Below are positions 46,097 to 56,052 of a stretch of DNA of 64,000 bases, piece after piece. The translations under genes were made by a program, and so were the position numbers. The first letter of the stretch is position 1. Each line of letters opens with the position of its first letter. Below the pieces are notes generated by a model. The model made no database searches. It was not told the origin of the DNA and saw only the letters and a program-made list of their open reading frames with translations. Where the stretch lies: IMG/VR virus record IMGVR_UViG_3300046538_000109, positions 7,211-71,210 of that record; one strand, written 5' to 3'. The DNA comes from a virus.

Positions 46097-46357
46097 ATGA
46101 AAGCCAGAATCACCATCAAGCCCTCGTCCCTCCCGATGGGGTCGCCAATCGGCATCATCATCCTGTTCGGCCTGCTGCTGGATCGCCTTGCCGCGCCTAG
46201 CTGGGTATGGGGCGTGGCGGGCATATTCGCTGTCCTTCTGGTGATCGAGTTCTTCCGTCAGCGCGCGTGGGGCGTCGAGCACGACGTTCCCGGCTTCGGG
46301 GATGCGAGCCCGGCGTACGCCACACCTGATCCGGACTTTCCACCGCCGCCGCTTTAA
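46097..46357 (+). CDS. Small hypothetical membrane protein (86 aa)
   Basis: Hydrophobic segments IGIIILFGLLL and VWGVAGIFAVLLVI. Confidence 0.35.
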   Translation: MKARITIKPSSLPMGSPIGIIILFGLLLDRLAAPSWVWGVAGIFAVLLVIEFFRQRAWGVEHDVPGFGDASPAYATPDPDFPPPPL

Positions 46358-46660
46358 ATCAAAGGCTTACGAGCCGTGGTAAATCGCGCGGGGCAAACCC
46401 CCAGCGGCATTTACCACCTACCGGCCCCGCCGCAGCGATGCGTTCGGGGCCTTCTTTTTGGGGGCGCCGTGAAAACCACCCGTCAAAGCAGGCCGATGCC
46501 GGAATGCCAGCAGGAACACCGCCAGTTGACGATCCATGACGCGCGCAACCCGTCGCTGCCGTGGCTTTCCGCCGGCGATGGCCCCGACGACTACGAGGAC
46601 ATGCAATACGCGGCCAGCTGGGTGCACTCCCGCGACAAATACAAGGAAGCCTAGCAACCC

Positions 46661-47284
46661 ATGGCAGCAGCAGACAAAAAGACGATCGACTGGGATCTGG
46701 TCGAGGCCGACTGGCGCGCCGGCGTCAAGACCAAGCAGCAAATGGCGACCCAGTACGGCGTGTCGCGCGCCGCGATGGACAAGCATTTCACCAAGCGCGG
46801 CATCACGCGCAACCTGGCTGACAAGATCCGCGCGAAAACGGAATCCATCGTCGCGGAGTCGATCATCGTCGTTGCGCCGGACCTGCCGCCCGCCCAGGAG
46901 CGCGACATCATCGAGGCCAACGCCGCGATGCAGTCGAAAATCATCCTGGCGCACCGCACCGATATCCAGCGTGCGCGCAAGCTGTCGATGAGCCTGTTGA
47001 CGGAACTGGAATTCCAGACCGACAACCAGAGCTTGCTCGAGCAGCTGGCGGAAATGCTGTGCGATCCCGACGACAAGGGCCAGAACAAGCGCATGGAGCT
47101 GTTCGAGAAGGTTATTTCGCTGGGCTCGCGCGCCGGCACCATGAAAACGCTGGCCGACTCCCTGCGCGGCCTGATCTCGATGGAGCGCCAGGCCTTCGGA
47201 CTGGACGAGAAGAGCGACGACGAAGTCGGCAGCGGCGTCGAAGACGCGATTCGCCGCGTGATGGACAAGCATGGCGGCGATTAA
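46661..47284 (+). CDS. terS: Terminase small subunit
   Basis: Position immediately upstream of the large terminase with 14-nt overlap; N-terminal HTH-like TKQQMATQYGVSRAAMDKHFTKRGI. Confidence 0.55.
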   Translation: MAAADKKTIDWDLVEADWRAGVKTKQQMATQYGVSRAAMDKHFTKRGITRNLADKIRAKTESIVAESIIVVAPDLPPAQERDIIEANAAMQSKIILAHRTDIQRARKLSMSLLTELEFQTDNQSLLEQLAEMLCDPDDKGQNKRMELFEKVISLGSRAGTMKTLADSLRGLISMERQAFGLDEKSDDEVGSGVEDAIRRVMDKHGGD

Positions 47285-48803
47285 CGCCCGCCAGTCCGAC
47301 TACGATCGGACCATCGCGGCGCTGCGGGACGATATCCAGCTGCACTGCGAAACCCAGATGTACGTGCAGAACAAGAAGGGCGAACGCGTCCTCTTGCGGT
47401 TCAACCGGGCGCAACGCTATATCCACGCCAAGATCGAGGAACAGCGCAAGCGCACTGGCAAAGTGCGCGCCATCATCCTCAAGGGCCGCCAGCAGGGCGC
47501 CAGCACCTACATCGGCGCGCGCTTCTACTGCATCAGCAGCATCAACTACGGCCGCAACGCCTTCATCGTGGCCCACGAGCAGAAGGCGACTGACAATCTT
47601 TTCAAGATGGTCAAGCGCTACCACCAGCACAACGTGTTCGCGCCAGCCACCAGCGCGACCAACAGCAAGGAGCTGGTGTTCAACCGCCTCGATGGCGGCT
47701 ACAAGCTGGCCACCGCCGGCTCGAAGGACGTCGGCCGCTCCAACACCGCCCAGTTGCTGCACGCCTCCGAATTCGCGTTCTGGGACAACGCCATCATGCA
47801 CATGGCGGGCCTGGGCAACGCCATTTCGGACGCCGAGGGCACCGAGATCATCATCGAGTCGACCGCCAACGGCATCGGCGGCGCCTACCACCAGATGTGG
47901 CAGGACGCCGAAGCGGGGAAGGGCGAGTACATCGCCATCTTCGTGCCCTGGTACTGGCAGGACGAGTATCGCGCGCCGGTACCGGACGGCTTCACGCTCT
48001 CTGCGGACGACACCAAGTACATGGAGGTGTACGCGCTCGATATGGAGCAGATGGCGTGGCGCGCGAACAAGATCACAGTCTACGGGCAGGGTTTCGCCTG
48101 GCTGTTCGACCAAGAGTACCCGGCCACCGCGGCGCTGGCATTCAAGTCGGCCACGACAGATCCGCTGATCAACCCGACTTCCGTCATGGCGGCGATCAAC
48201 AACAGCTACCGCGAAATGCACGGCCCGCTGATCATCGGCTGCGACCCGGCCGAGTATGGCCCCGACCGCACCGCGATCGCGTTCCGGCGCGGCCGCGTGG
48301 TGTACCGCCTGGAGACGCACGAAAAGAAGGGGCCGATGGAAGTGGCCGGCATCCTTGCGTCCTACTGGCGCGAGTACCAGCCCGACGGCATGCTGGTCGA
48401 CAAGATCGGTATCGGCTCGGGCATCGTGGACCGCCTGCACGAGCTCAACATCCCGGTTATCGGCGTCAACAGCGCCTCGCGCGCCGAGGACAGCGAGACA
48501 TACGCCAACAAGCGGGCGGAAATGTGGTACCGGATGAAAAAATGGGTCGAGGACTTCCCCTGCCGCCTGCCCAACAACGCCGCGATGACGGCAGATATGT
48601 CGGCGCCCAAGTTCAAGACCAGTTCGAACGGCCGCAAGCTGATCGAATCGAAGGAGGAAATGGCGAAGCGCCAGGTCCGCTCGCCCGACTTAGCCGACGC
48701 GATCGCGCTGACCTTCGCCGAGAACGTCGCGCCGCGCAGCGCTCCACTGGACGGTCGCGGCGACCATACGAACTACAAAGCGGCGACCAGCGCGGGCTAT
48801 TGA
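47271..48803 (+). CDS. terL: Terminase large subunit (ATPase + nuclease)
   Basis: Walker-A-like ILKGRQQGAST, 510 aa, followed by the portal gene. Confidence 0.8.
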   Translation: MAAINARQSDYDRTIAALRDDIQLHCETQMYVQNKKGERVLLRFNRAQRYIHAKIEEQRKRTGKVRAIILKGRQQGASTYIGARFYCISSINYGRNAFIVAHEQKATDNLFKMVKRYHQHNVFAPATSATNSKELVFNRLDGGYKLATAGSKDVGRSNTAQLLHASEFAFWDNAIMHMAGLGNAISDAEGTEIIIESTANGIGGAYHQMWQDAEAGKGEYIAIFVPWYWQDEYRAPVPDGFTLSADDTKYMEVYALDMEQMAWRANKITVYGQGFAWLFDQEYPATAALAFKSATTDPLINPTSVMAAINNSYREMHGPLIIGCDPAEYGPDRTAIAFRRGRVVYRLETHEKKGPMEVAGILASYWREYQPDGMLVDKIGIGSGIVDRLHELNIPVIGVNSASRAEDSETYANKRAEMWYRMKKWVEDFPCRLPNNAAMTADMSAPKFKTSSNGRKLIESKEEMAKRQVRSPDLADAIALTFAENVAPRSAPLDGRGDHTNYKAATSAGY

Positions 48804-48827
48804 CGCGCGGCGCACCATCAACAACAA

Positions 48828-48852
48828 GCCATCCCCCGGGGTGGCTTTTTTT
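48828..48852 (+). terminator. Hairpin + T7 run between terL and portal (partial terminator/attenuator)
   Basis: GCCATCCCCC-GGGGTGGC then TTTTTTT, immediately followed by ATGAGCAACCAC. Confidence 0.45.
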
Positions 48853-51216
48853 ATGAGCAACCACATGACAGACAGCACCGCATCGGACGAGGGCCAGCTG
48901 GGAGCGATGGCGCACGCCATGCTCAAGGCGCAAGCCGGCGCGCAGCGCGAAGCCGAGCAGCGCGAATACGAGCAGGCCTCGGCCGAGGCGCTGATGTCGG
49001 AAGAACCCGGCGCGCCGGCGTTCAAGACGCTGGCCAGCCTGGGCTCCGTATGGCTGGCCGAGTTCAGCCAGGCGGAACAGGATCGCCGGACCACCGAGCA
49101 GCGCTGGCTGCAGGATCTGCGCCAGTATCGCGGCAAGTACGATCCGGACATCGAATCCAACATGGACGTAAACCGCTCCAAGGCCTTCGTGCGCAAGACG
49201 CGCGTGAAGGTCAAGACGGTCGATTCGCGCGTGTTCGACCTGCTGTTCCCGGCCAATGCGGACCGCAACTGGTCGATCGAGCCCACGCCGGTACCGACGG
49301 TGGCGCCAGAACAAGAACAGGCGATCAAGAGCGAGCTCGAGCAAGCCCTGCAGCGCAAGCCACTTGCCGACGAGGTCAATCAGGCGATAAAACAGATGGT
49401 CGACACGGCGGCGACAGCTATGTCGAAGACGATCGATGACCAGCTTACCGAGTCGCGCTACAAGAAGGCGGCGCGCGCCGTCATCCACAGCGGACATTTG
49501 TACGGCACCGGGATCTTGAAAGCGCCGCTCATCGAGCGCAAGGTGCGCACCCGCTTCGTGCACCGCGACGGCAAGTGGCAGTCGATCACCGAGTCGTATG
49601 TCGTGCCGTTCGTCGATTACGTGCCGCTGTGGCGCTTTTTCCCCGATATGAGCGCCACCGAGCTCGAGAACTGCCGCTATGTGTACGAGCGCCACGTCCT
49701 GAGCAAGGCGGCCACGCTGGCACTGGCCGAGCGCAAGAGCTTCGATTCGGCCAAGATCCGCGAATATGTGCTGTCCAACCCGGACGGCTCGCAGCAGCGC
49801 AAATCCTTCGAGGACGAGTTACGCGACGTGGGCGAGCGCAGCATCACGCACCTTACCGATGGACAGTACGAGATACTGGAGCGGTGGGGCTGGGTCGATG
49901 CGGTCCAGCTGGCCCATTGCGGCGTGACGGTGCCGGAAGACCGCATGCACGAGACGTTTTTCGCCAACGTGTGGCTGCTGCCCAACGGCGAAGTGGTGCG
50001 CGCGGCCCTGCAGCCGATCAACGGCGTCACTTGGCCATACCATTTATATTATTTCGACAAGGACGAGACGTCGATCTTCGGCGAAGGCCTGGCCACCATC
50101 ATGCGCGATGATCAGACCATGATCAACGCAGGCGTGCGCATGATTCTGGACAACGCCGCGCTGACCGCCGGCCCGCAGCTGGAAGTGAACATGGACCTGA
50201 TGGCGCCGTCGGAGCGCGCGGACCGCATGCACCCGTTCAAGATCTGGGCGCGCAACGGCAAGGAGCCGAACGCGCAGGCCATCCGCGTGCTCAACATTCC
50301 CGGCAAGCTCGAAGAGCTGTATCCCATTGTGGAAATGTTCGAGTCCAACGCTGACGAGGTCACGGCGGTACCGCGCTACATGGGCGGCGACAACCCGACG
50401 CAGGGGGCCGCCGGCACCGCCTCCGGCCTGTCTATGCTGATGGGCAATACCTCCGTCGTGATGAAAGACCTGATCACCGGCTACGACGAGGGCATCACCA
50501 CCCCGTTTATCTCCGCCCTGTACTACTGGAACATGCAGTTCAACCAGGACAACGCCATCAAAGGCGACTACAACATCAAGGCACGCGGATCGGCCTCGTT
50601 AGTGGCGAAAGAGATCCGCGCCCAGCAACTCGACGCGTTTTCGGCCCAGACTGCCAACCCGATGGACGCGCCGTTCATCAAGCGCGAGAAGCTGCTGCGC
50701 CAGCGCGCCGAGGCGCACGACCTGGTCGACGTCGTCAAGACCGAGGAAGAAGTCGCGGCAGAGCAGAACAACGACCAGGCGAAGCAACAGATGCAGCTGG
50801 CCCAGCAGCAGCAAGAACTGGCCATGAAGATCCAAATGGCGACGCTGGACAAGCTGACCGCCGAAGTGACGAAGGTACTTGCGGAAGCACGCCTCAAGTC
50901 GGCCGAGGCGGTCGCCAAGAACGTCGGCGCCGTGTATGCGGCGACGCAGGCCAGCGGCGTGGCGGCGACCAATCCAGCGATCGCGCCGGGCGCCGATGAA
51001 GTCCTGAAATCGTCGGGCTGGCAGGACGCCGCGGCGCCGGAGCAAATGCCGCAGGCGCCGGCAGGCACCATCCAGGCGGCCGCGCCCGGTAACGATCTGC
51101 CCACCCCAGCGCCGGCCGGGAGCCCAGCACCGGAGCAGCCGAGCGCAGCTGTTCCCGCCATGCCGGGGCCGGATCAGGGCCTGCGGGCCGGCATCGAGAC
51201 ACAGGCGATTGACTGA
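48853..51216 (+). CDS. Portal protein (T7-like, with Gln/Ala-rich C-terminal tail)
   Basis: Gene order terL-portal-scaffold-capsid; C-terminus (EEEVAAEQNNDQAKQQMQLAQQQQELAMKIQMA...) resembles the Q/A-rich C-terminus of T7 gp8; the track's 'MAFF' GTG start lies inside the terminator hairpin, so the start is set to ATG 48853. Confidence 0.55.
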   Translation: MSNHMTDSTASDEGQLGAMAHAMLKAQAGAQREAEQREYEQASAEALMSEEPGAPAFKTLASLGSVWLAEFSQAEQDRRTTEQRWLQDLRQYRGKYDPDIESNMDVNRSKAFVRKTRVKVKTVDSRVFDLLFPANADRNWSIEPTPVPTVAPEQEQAIKSELEQALQRKPLADEVNQAIKQMVDTAATAMSKTIDDQLTESRYKKAARAVIHSGHLYGTGILKAPLIERKVRTRFVHRDGKWQSITESYVVPFVDYVPLWRFFPDMSATELENCRYVYERHVLSKAATLALAERKSFDSAKIREYVLSNPDGSQQRKSFEDELRDVGERSITHLTDGQYEILERWGWVDAVQLAHCGVTVPEDRMHETFFANVWLLPNGEVVRAALQPINGVTWPYHLYYFDKDETSIFGEGLATIMRDDQTMINAGVRMILDNAALTAGPQLEVNMDLMAPSERADRMHPFKIWARNGKEPNAQAIRVLNIPGKLEELYPIVEMFESNADEVTAVPRYMGGDNPTQGAAGTASGLSMLMGNTSVVMKDLITGYDEGITTPFISALYYWNMQFNQDNAIKGDYNIKARGSASLVAKEIRAQQLDAFSAQTANPMDAPFIKREKLLRQRAEAHDLVDVVKTEEEVAAEQNNDQAKQQMQLAQQQQELAMKIQMATLDKLTAEVTKVLAEARLKSAEAVAKNVGAVYAATQASGVAATNPAIAPGADEVLKSSGWQDAAAPEQMPQAPAGTIQAAAPGNDLPTPAPAGSPAPEQPSAAVPAMPGPDQGLRAGIETQAID

Positions 51217-51503
51217 TGCGCTCCCGGACTCAACTCAACACCGCCACCAACGAAGCACTGGCCGAGGTGCAGGCCTATCGCGGATCCAGCCTCTACGCCG
51301 CGCTCATCCAGTTGCTCGACGTCGTTGGCGCGCAGCACCTCGAGAACCTGGCCGACGCCAGCGTCGACGCGGTACCGAAGATGCAGGGCGCGCTGTCCCA
51401 GGTGCGCCAGCTGCGCAAGGCGCTGATGGGCGACGCCAACACTTCCCCGATCGGGTAACGCCCGCAACGATTCTTTGACCCCTGAGCGATCAGGACAGCC
51501 AAA

Positions 51504-51530
51504 GCCACTCCTGACGGGGTGGCTTTTTTT
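51504..51530 (+). terminator. Second copy of hairpin + T7 run element upstream of the scaffold gene
   Basis: GCCACTCC-tgac-GGGGTGGC then TTTTTTT then ATGAGCCAACCAC; near-duplicate of the 48828-48860 element. Confidence 0.45.
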
Positions 51531-51554
51531 ATGAGCCAACCACAGGAGATCCAC

Positions 51555-52502
51555 ATGGCGACCATTACCGACGACAGCAAGAAAAAAGACGCAGCCGACT
51601 TCGAGGCGGCCTACGCCGAAGAGCAGAAGAAACCCGAGCAGAGCGAAGATGAGGCGTTCGGCCTGACCCCGGACGAAGCGCCGGGCACCGCGACGCCGAC
51701 CGGCGCGCCGACCGTCGTTATCGCCATGGACAAGGGCGCTGAAGGCAGCGCTGCCGAAGAGGCGGGCGAGATATCGGGACAGGAAGCGGACGAACAGGCC
51801 GCCGGCAGCAATGCGGACGACCAGGGCGGCGGCGCTGCGCCAGCTGTCGACGTGGAGAAGGAAACCCAGCGCCTCAAATCGTGGGAGGGCCGCTTGAAAG
51901 CCCAGCAGGCCGAGATTGACCGCGCCAAAGCGGAAGCGGCAGCATCGGGCGCCGGCGGCACTGGCGACGACGACGCGGACGGCGCCAAGGCCGGCAAAGG
52001 CGAAGGTGAAGGCGAAGATGAGGACTTCAACAAGGCGATGGAAGCGCTGGAGGCGGACTTCGGCCCCGAATTCGTCCAACTGCTGAAAACGGTAGTGACT
52101 GGCATCACGAAGCGCTGCGCCAGTGAGCACGCCGCGCCATATCGCAAGGATATCGACGCCATCATCGCCGAGATCACCAACGAAAAGCAGCGCAACCACT
52201 ACGAAAAGATCGCCGACGCACACCCGGACTTCATGGAGCTGGCGGAATCCGCCGACTTCAAGGCGTGGGTCGCCGGCATGGCAGAAGCCGACAAGGCCGA
52301 AACCGAACGCATCATCAGTTCCGGCACCGCCAAGGAAATCATCGCCATGCTCAAGCGCTACAAGGCGACGCAGGGCAACGCCGGCGCGGACATGGATCAC
52401 GCCATGGACCAAGCCGAGGGCGTGCGCTCGACGGGCGGCCTCAAGTTGCCGGAATCCCCGGCCGCCTCCGGCGACTACGCGGACGCCTGGGACAAGTTCT
52501 GA
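51555..52502 (+). CDS. Scaffolding protein (acidic, Ala/Glu/Asp-rich)
   Basis: Highly acidic low-complexity N-half, helical C-half, located between the portal and capsid genes; SD AGGAGA before ATG 51555. Confidence 0.5.
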   Translation: MATITDDSKKKDAADFEAAYAEEQKKPEQSEDEAFGLTPDEAPGTATPTGAPTVVIAMDKGAEGSAAEEAGEISGQEADEQAAGSNADDQGGGAAPAVDVEKETQRLKSWEGRLKAQQAEIDRAKAEAAASGAGGTGDDDADGAKAGKGEGEGEDEDFNKAMEALEADFGPEFVQLLKTVVTGITKRCASEHAAPYRKDIDAIIAEITNEKQRNHYEKIADAHPDFMELAESADFKAWVAGMAEADKAETERIISSGTAKEIIAMLKRYKATQGNAGADMDHAMDQAEGVRSTGGLKLPESPAASGDYADAWDKF

Positions 52503-52773
52503 TCCACACGTTGTAGCTGCATCTGCGCAGTCTCGCAGATCGCCTCCCCGCCAGCGTCATCGGCGGGGGCCACAGGAACACAACCATAGCGCAAGCAACA
52601 CCTGTCGCGCGGCCGCCATCGGGCGCCCGCGCCGCCAGGTCACGTCTGCATACGACTGGTTTCCGAATTTCATGGTGTGAACGGACAGGCCGAACGGTCC
52701 CCGCTCCCGCGCTGAATCGACTGTGCACACAACTTTCAATTCGATTTTGCACCCATTTTTTTAAGGAAATTTT

Positions 52774-53751
52774 ATGTCCGTTTTCGGCGATATCACCCCC
52801 CGCACCGCGGCGTTCGCGGCCAAGGAACTGCTCAAGCGCGGCCTGCCGTACCTGATCCTGGAGAAGTTCGGCCAGTCCAAGCCCCTGCCGGGCAACTCGA
52901 GCAAGACCGTCAAATTCCGCCGCTACAACGCGCTGGACGCCACCCCGACCGCCCTGGCCGAAGGCATCACGCCTGCATCGCAGTCCCTGACCGTCACCGA
53001 CGTGACCGCCAACCTGCAGCAGTACGGCAGCCGCATCCAGATCACCGACGTGATCATCGACACGCACGAGGATCCAGTGCTGAACGAGTCGGTCACGCTG
53101 CTGGGCGAGCAAGCCGCCCAGATGATCGAAAAGATGCGCTACGGCGTGCTGAAGGCCGGCACCAACGTGGTCTACGCCAACGGCGCGACCCGCAACGCGG
53201 TCAACACCGTGCTGACCATCGCCACCCAGCGCAAAGCCACCCGCGCGCTGAAACGCCAGAACGGCCGCCCGATCACCAACGTGGTCAAGTCGACCCCAGC
53301 ATGGGGCACCGAGGCCATCGCGCCAGGCTTCATCGGCCTGACCCACCCGGATCTGGAAAGCGACATTCGCGGCATGCCGGGCTTCGTCCCAGCCGAGAAG
53401 TACGGCTCGATGACGCCGTTCGAGAACGAGCTGGGCAAGGTCGAGGACGTGCGCTACCTCACCTCGACGATTTTCGACGCGTTCCCGGATGCCGGCGGCG
53501 CCAAGGGCACGACGCTGTCGACTGGCGGCGCGAACTCGGACGTGTACCCAGTGCTGTACATCGCCGCGAATGCCTACGGCATCGTCCCGCTGAAAGGCAT
53601 GCACGCCGTGACCCCGATGGTGGTCAATCCCAAGCCTTCGGACAGCGATCCGATGGGCCAGCGTGGCCACGCCGCATGGAAATCCATGCAAACCGCCGTG
53701 ATCCTGAACGACGCGTGGATGGTGCGCTGCGAGGTCGCCGCCACCGCGTAA
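52774..53751 (+). CDS. Major capsid protein
   Basis: 325 aa, strong SD, follows the scaffold gene and is followed by a strong terminator (high-expression unit). Confidence 0.6.
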   Translation: MSVFGDITPRTAAFAAKELLKRGLPYLILEKFGQSKPLPGNSSKTVKFRRYNALDATPTALAEGITPASQSLTVTDVTANLQQYGSRIQITDVIIDTHEDPVLNESVTLLGEQAAQMIEKMRYGVLKAGTNVVYANGATRNAVNTVLTIATQRKATRALKRQNGRPITNVVKSTPAWGTEAIAPGFIGLTHPDLESDIRGMPGFVPAEKYGSMTPFENELGKVEDVRYLTSTIFDAFPDAGGAKGTTLSTGGANSDVYPVLYIAANAYGIVPLKGMHAVTPMVVNPKPSDSDPMGQRGHAAWKSMQTAVILNDAWMVRCEVAATA

Positions 53752-53766
53752 TGCGGTAACACCCAG

Positions 53767-53794
53767 AGGCCCGCGCAGATCGCGGGCCTTTTTC
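53767..53794 (+). terminator. Intrinsic terminator after the capsid gene
   Basis: AGGCCCGCG-cagat-CGCGGGCCT + TTTTT. Confidence 0.6.
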
Positions 53795-53817
53795 ATTCCC
53801 ATTCAAGGAGCAACAGC

Positions 53818-54177
53818 ATGAGCACCAAAAAGAACGAAAACACCCAAATCTCCACCCTGGACGACGCACCTTACGCCGATCAGTCCGCGCCAGTCGCGCA
53901 CGTCGTCACCGGCTCGACCCACGACGACGCCCTGAGCGGCGACAAGGTCAACATCGTCATCCACGAGCAGGAAGGCGACGCCGGCCGCGAGGCGGTATTC
54001 GTCAGCGTCAATGGCGTGGGCTACCAGATCCCGCGCGGCATCGTGTGCGCGGTGCCGGTGGAAGTGCTGCACGTACTGGACAACAGCGTGCAAAAAATCT
54101 TCGAGTCGCTGCCGAACGGCGAGACGCGCGAGCGCGCCCTGCGCCGCTTCAACCACCAGAACCACGGCAAGGCGTAA
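53818..54177 (+). CDS. Hypothetical virion protein (119 aa)
   Basis: ORF with SD in the structural module. Confidence 0.4.
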   Translation: MSTKKNENTQISTLDDAPYADQSAPVAHVVTGSTHDDALSGDKVNIVIHEQEGDAGREAVFVSVNGVGYQIPRGIVCAVPVEVLHVLDNSVQKIFESLPNGETRERALRRFNHQNHGKA

Positions 54178-54225
54178 TCCACGCCCCTTCCGGCGCCGCC
54201 GGTCCACCTTCCATCGGAGAGCGAC

Positions 54226-55020
54226 ATGCCTTCAATACTTGTCCGGGACGCGCTGTTTCGCGTCTCTACCCAACTGCAGGACATGGCGCCGCAGTACACC
54301 CGGTGGACCGAGCGCGAGCTCGTTACCTGGCTCAACGACGGCCAACGCGCCATCGCCAAGTACCTGGCCGCAGCCTGCGCGCGCGTCGACGCAGTCAAAC
54401 TCAAGGCCGGCACGAAACAGTCGATCGAGCTCATTGCCGCCGCCGACGTCAAGCCCGGCGACGGCGCTCCGGCGGCTATCGTGCGCGGCAATTATCTCAA
54501 CGACGTGGTGCGCAACATGGGCGCCGATGGCCTGACGCCCGGCCGCGCGGTGCGCATGGTGTCGCGCGAGCTGCTCGACGCCCAAAACCCCGACTGGCAC
54601 AGCCAGACCGGCACCGGCAAGGTCGATCAGTTCGTGTTCGATCCGCGCGCGCCGAAGGTGTTCTACGTCACGCCTGCGGTCGGCGCCGCGCCGACGTGGG
54701 TCGAGCTCTCCTACATCGCCGATCCGCTCGAGATCCCGAACACGGGCACGCCGGCCGCCCCCTTGTACCAGGCCGACGGCGCCAACACGACCGTGATCTC
54801 GGTTGACGACAAGTACGTCGACGACCTGGTGAACTACGTTATGGCGCGCGCCTACATGAAAGACGTCGACTTTGCCGTGTCGCAGCCCAACGTCTCCGCC
54901 TACACGTCCATGTTTCTCAGCTCGATCAATGCCCAGGCGCAGGCCATCACCGGCAACAACCCGAACCTGACCGCGCTGCCGTTCGCCGGGCAGTCCCAGA
55001 TCCCCGCAGCCACCCGATAA
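54226..55020 (+). CDS. Hypothetical virion protein (264 aa)
   Basis: ORF in the structural module. Confidence 0.45.
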   Translation: MPSILVRDALFRVSTQLQDMAPQYTRWTERELVTWLNDGQRAIAKYLAAACARVDAVKLKAGTKQSIELIAAADVKPGDGAPAAIVRGNYLNDVVRNMGADGLTPGRAVRMVSRELLDAQNPDWHSQTGTGKVDQFVFDPRAPKVFYVTPAVGAAPTWVELSYIADPLEIPNTGTPAAPLYQADGANTTVISVDDKYVDDLVNYVMARAYMKDVDFAVSQPNVSAYTSMFLSSINAQAQAITGNNPNLTALPFAGQSQIPAATR

Positions 55021-55023
55021 GCC

Positions 55024-55665
55024 ATGACCACATCGATTGACGTTTTCCTACCCCATATCCTGCCATCCGTGATCGGCTGCCCGGATTTTTCCGTGCGCAG
55101 CGCCATCGTCGAGGCCGCGATCAAGTTCTGCACGGAGTCGCACGCGTGGACCGAGACGCTGGACACGCTGTACCTGAACAACGGCACCCATTCCTACGAG
55201 CTGGATCTGCCCAAGGACACCCGCGTGGTGCTGGTCAAGAACGTCTGGGCCGACCAGGGCGAGCTGACCGACGCGACCATGACGGAAATCAGCAGCCAGA
55301 TTCCCAACTGGCAGAGCGCGCGCGGCACGCCGAGGTTCTACAACCAGCTGAACTGGGAGGAATTGCGCATCTACCCGACGCCATCCGCCCCGGCAACGAC
55401 GGCGCTGACCGTGCGCGCCGCCCTGGCGCCGAAGCGCACCGCGACCACGTTCCCGGATTCGTTCGCCGATCGGAACTTCCAGGCGATTGTCTCGGGCGCG
55501 CTGTGGAAGCTGATGCTGACACCGGGGCAGGCTTGGGCCAACCCGTCCCTTGCGGCATTCCATAAGGGCGAATTCGATATCGCCGTCGGCACCGCCAAGG
55601 CGGAAATGTTCCACGAGCGCGTCGTCGGCAATGTGCGCGTGGCCCCGCGCCGCTTCGGAGGCTGA
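55024..55665 (+). CDS. Hypothetical virion protein (213 aa)
   Basis: ORF in the structural module. Confidence 0.45.
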   Translation: MTTSIDVFLPHILPSVIGCPDFSVRSAIVEAAIKFCTESHAWTETLDTLYLNNGTHSYELDLPKDTRVVLVKNVWADQGELTDATMTEISSQIPNWQSARGTPRFYNQLNWEELRIYPTPSAPATTALTVRAALAPKRTATTFPDSFADRNFQAIVSGALWKLMLTPGQAWANPSLAAFHKGEFDIAVGTAKAEMFHERVVGNVRVAPRRFGG

Positions 55666-55668
55666 CCC

Positions 55669-56052
55669 ATGGCTGAAAAAATCAAACTGGTTGCCGGCGA
55701 CACCCGCCCGCAACTGGTCTTCGCGATCACCGACGACCATACCGGGCGACCTATCGACCTGTCCAACGCGGCCACAACGATCGCGCTCAAATTCCGCCAA
55801 CTCGGCTCGACCGCAATCAAGGACACCATGGCGTGCGGCAAGCTGGCCGGCTTGCTGCTGGAGGACGGCACGATCAGCTATGAGGCGCCGTACGGCGCGC
55901 CGGGCGTCGGCGGCCGCGCCTACATGAACTGGTCGCCCACCGCGCTCGACACCGAGGGCGAATACGAGGGCGAGATCGAAATCACGTTCGAGGACGGCGG
56001 CCGGCAAACCGTCTTCGAAACACTGAAATTCAAGGTCCGGAGCCAGTATTAA
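55669..56052 (+). CDS. Hypothetical virion protein (127 aa)
   Basis: ORF in the structural module. Confidence 0.4.
   Translation: MAEKIKLVAGDTRPQLVFAITDDHTGRPIDLSNAATTIALKFRQLGSTAIKDTMACGKLAGLLLEDGTISYEAPYGAPGVGGRAYMNWSPTALDTEGEYEGEIEITFEDGGRQTVFETLKFKVRSQY

Noticed and set aside
46376-46654. 92-aa ORF between the small membrane gene and terS
   Set aside because: Pro/Arg/Gly-rich N-half with poor composition, no SD; possibly only the last ~50 codons are real.
48841-48852. Track start 'MAFFM' (GTG at 48841) for the portal, and the analogous 'MAFFM' start at 51519 for the scaffold
   Set aside because: The GTG and the FF codons are the stem and T-run of a terminator hairpin; the real starts are the downstream ATGs (48853; 51555 with SD).
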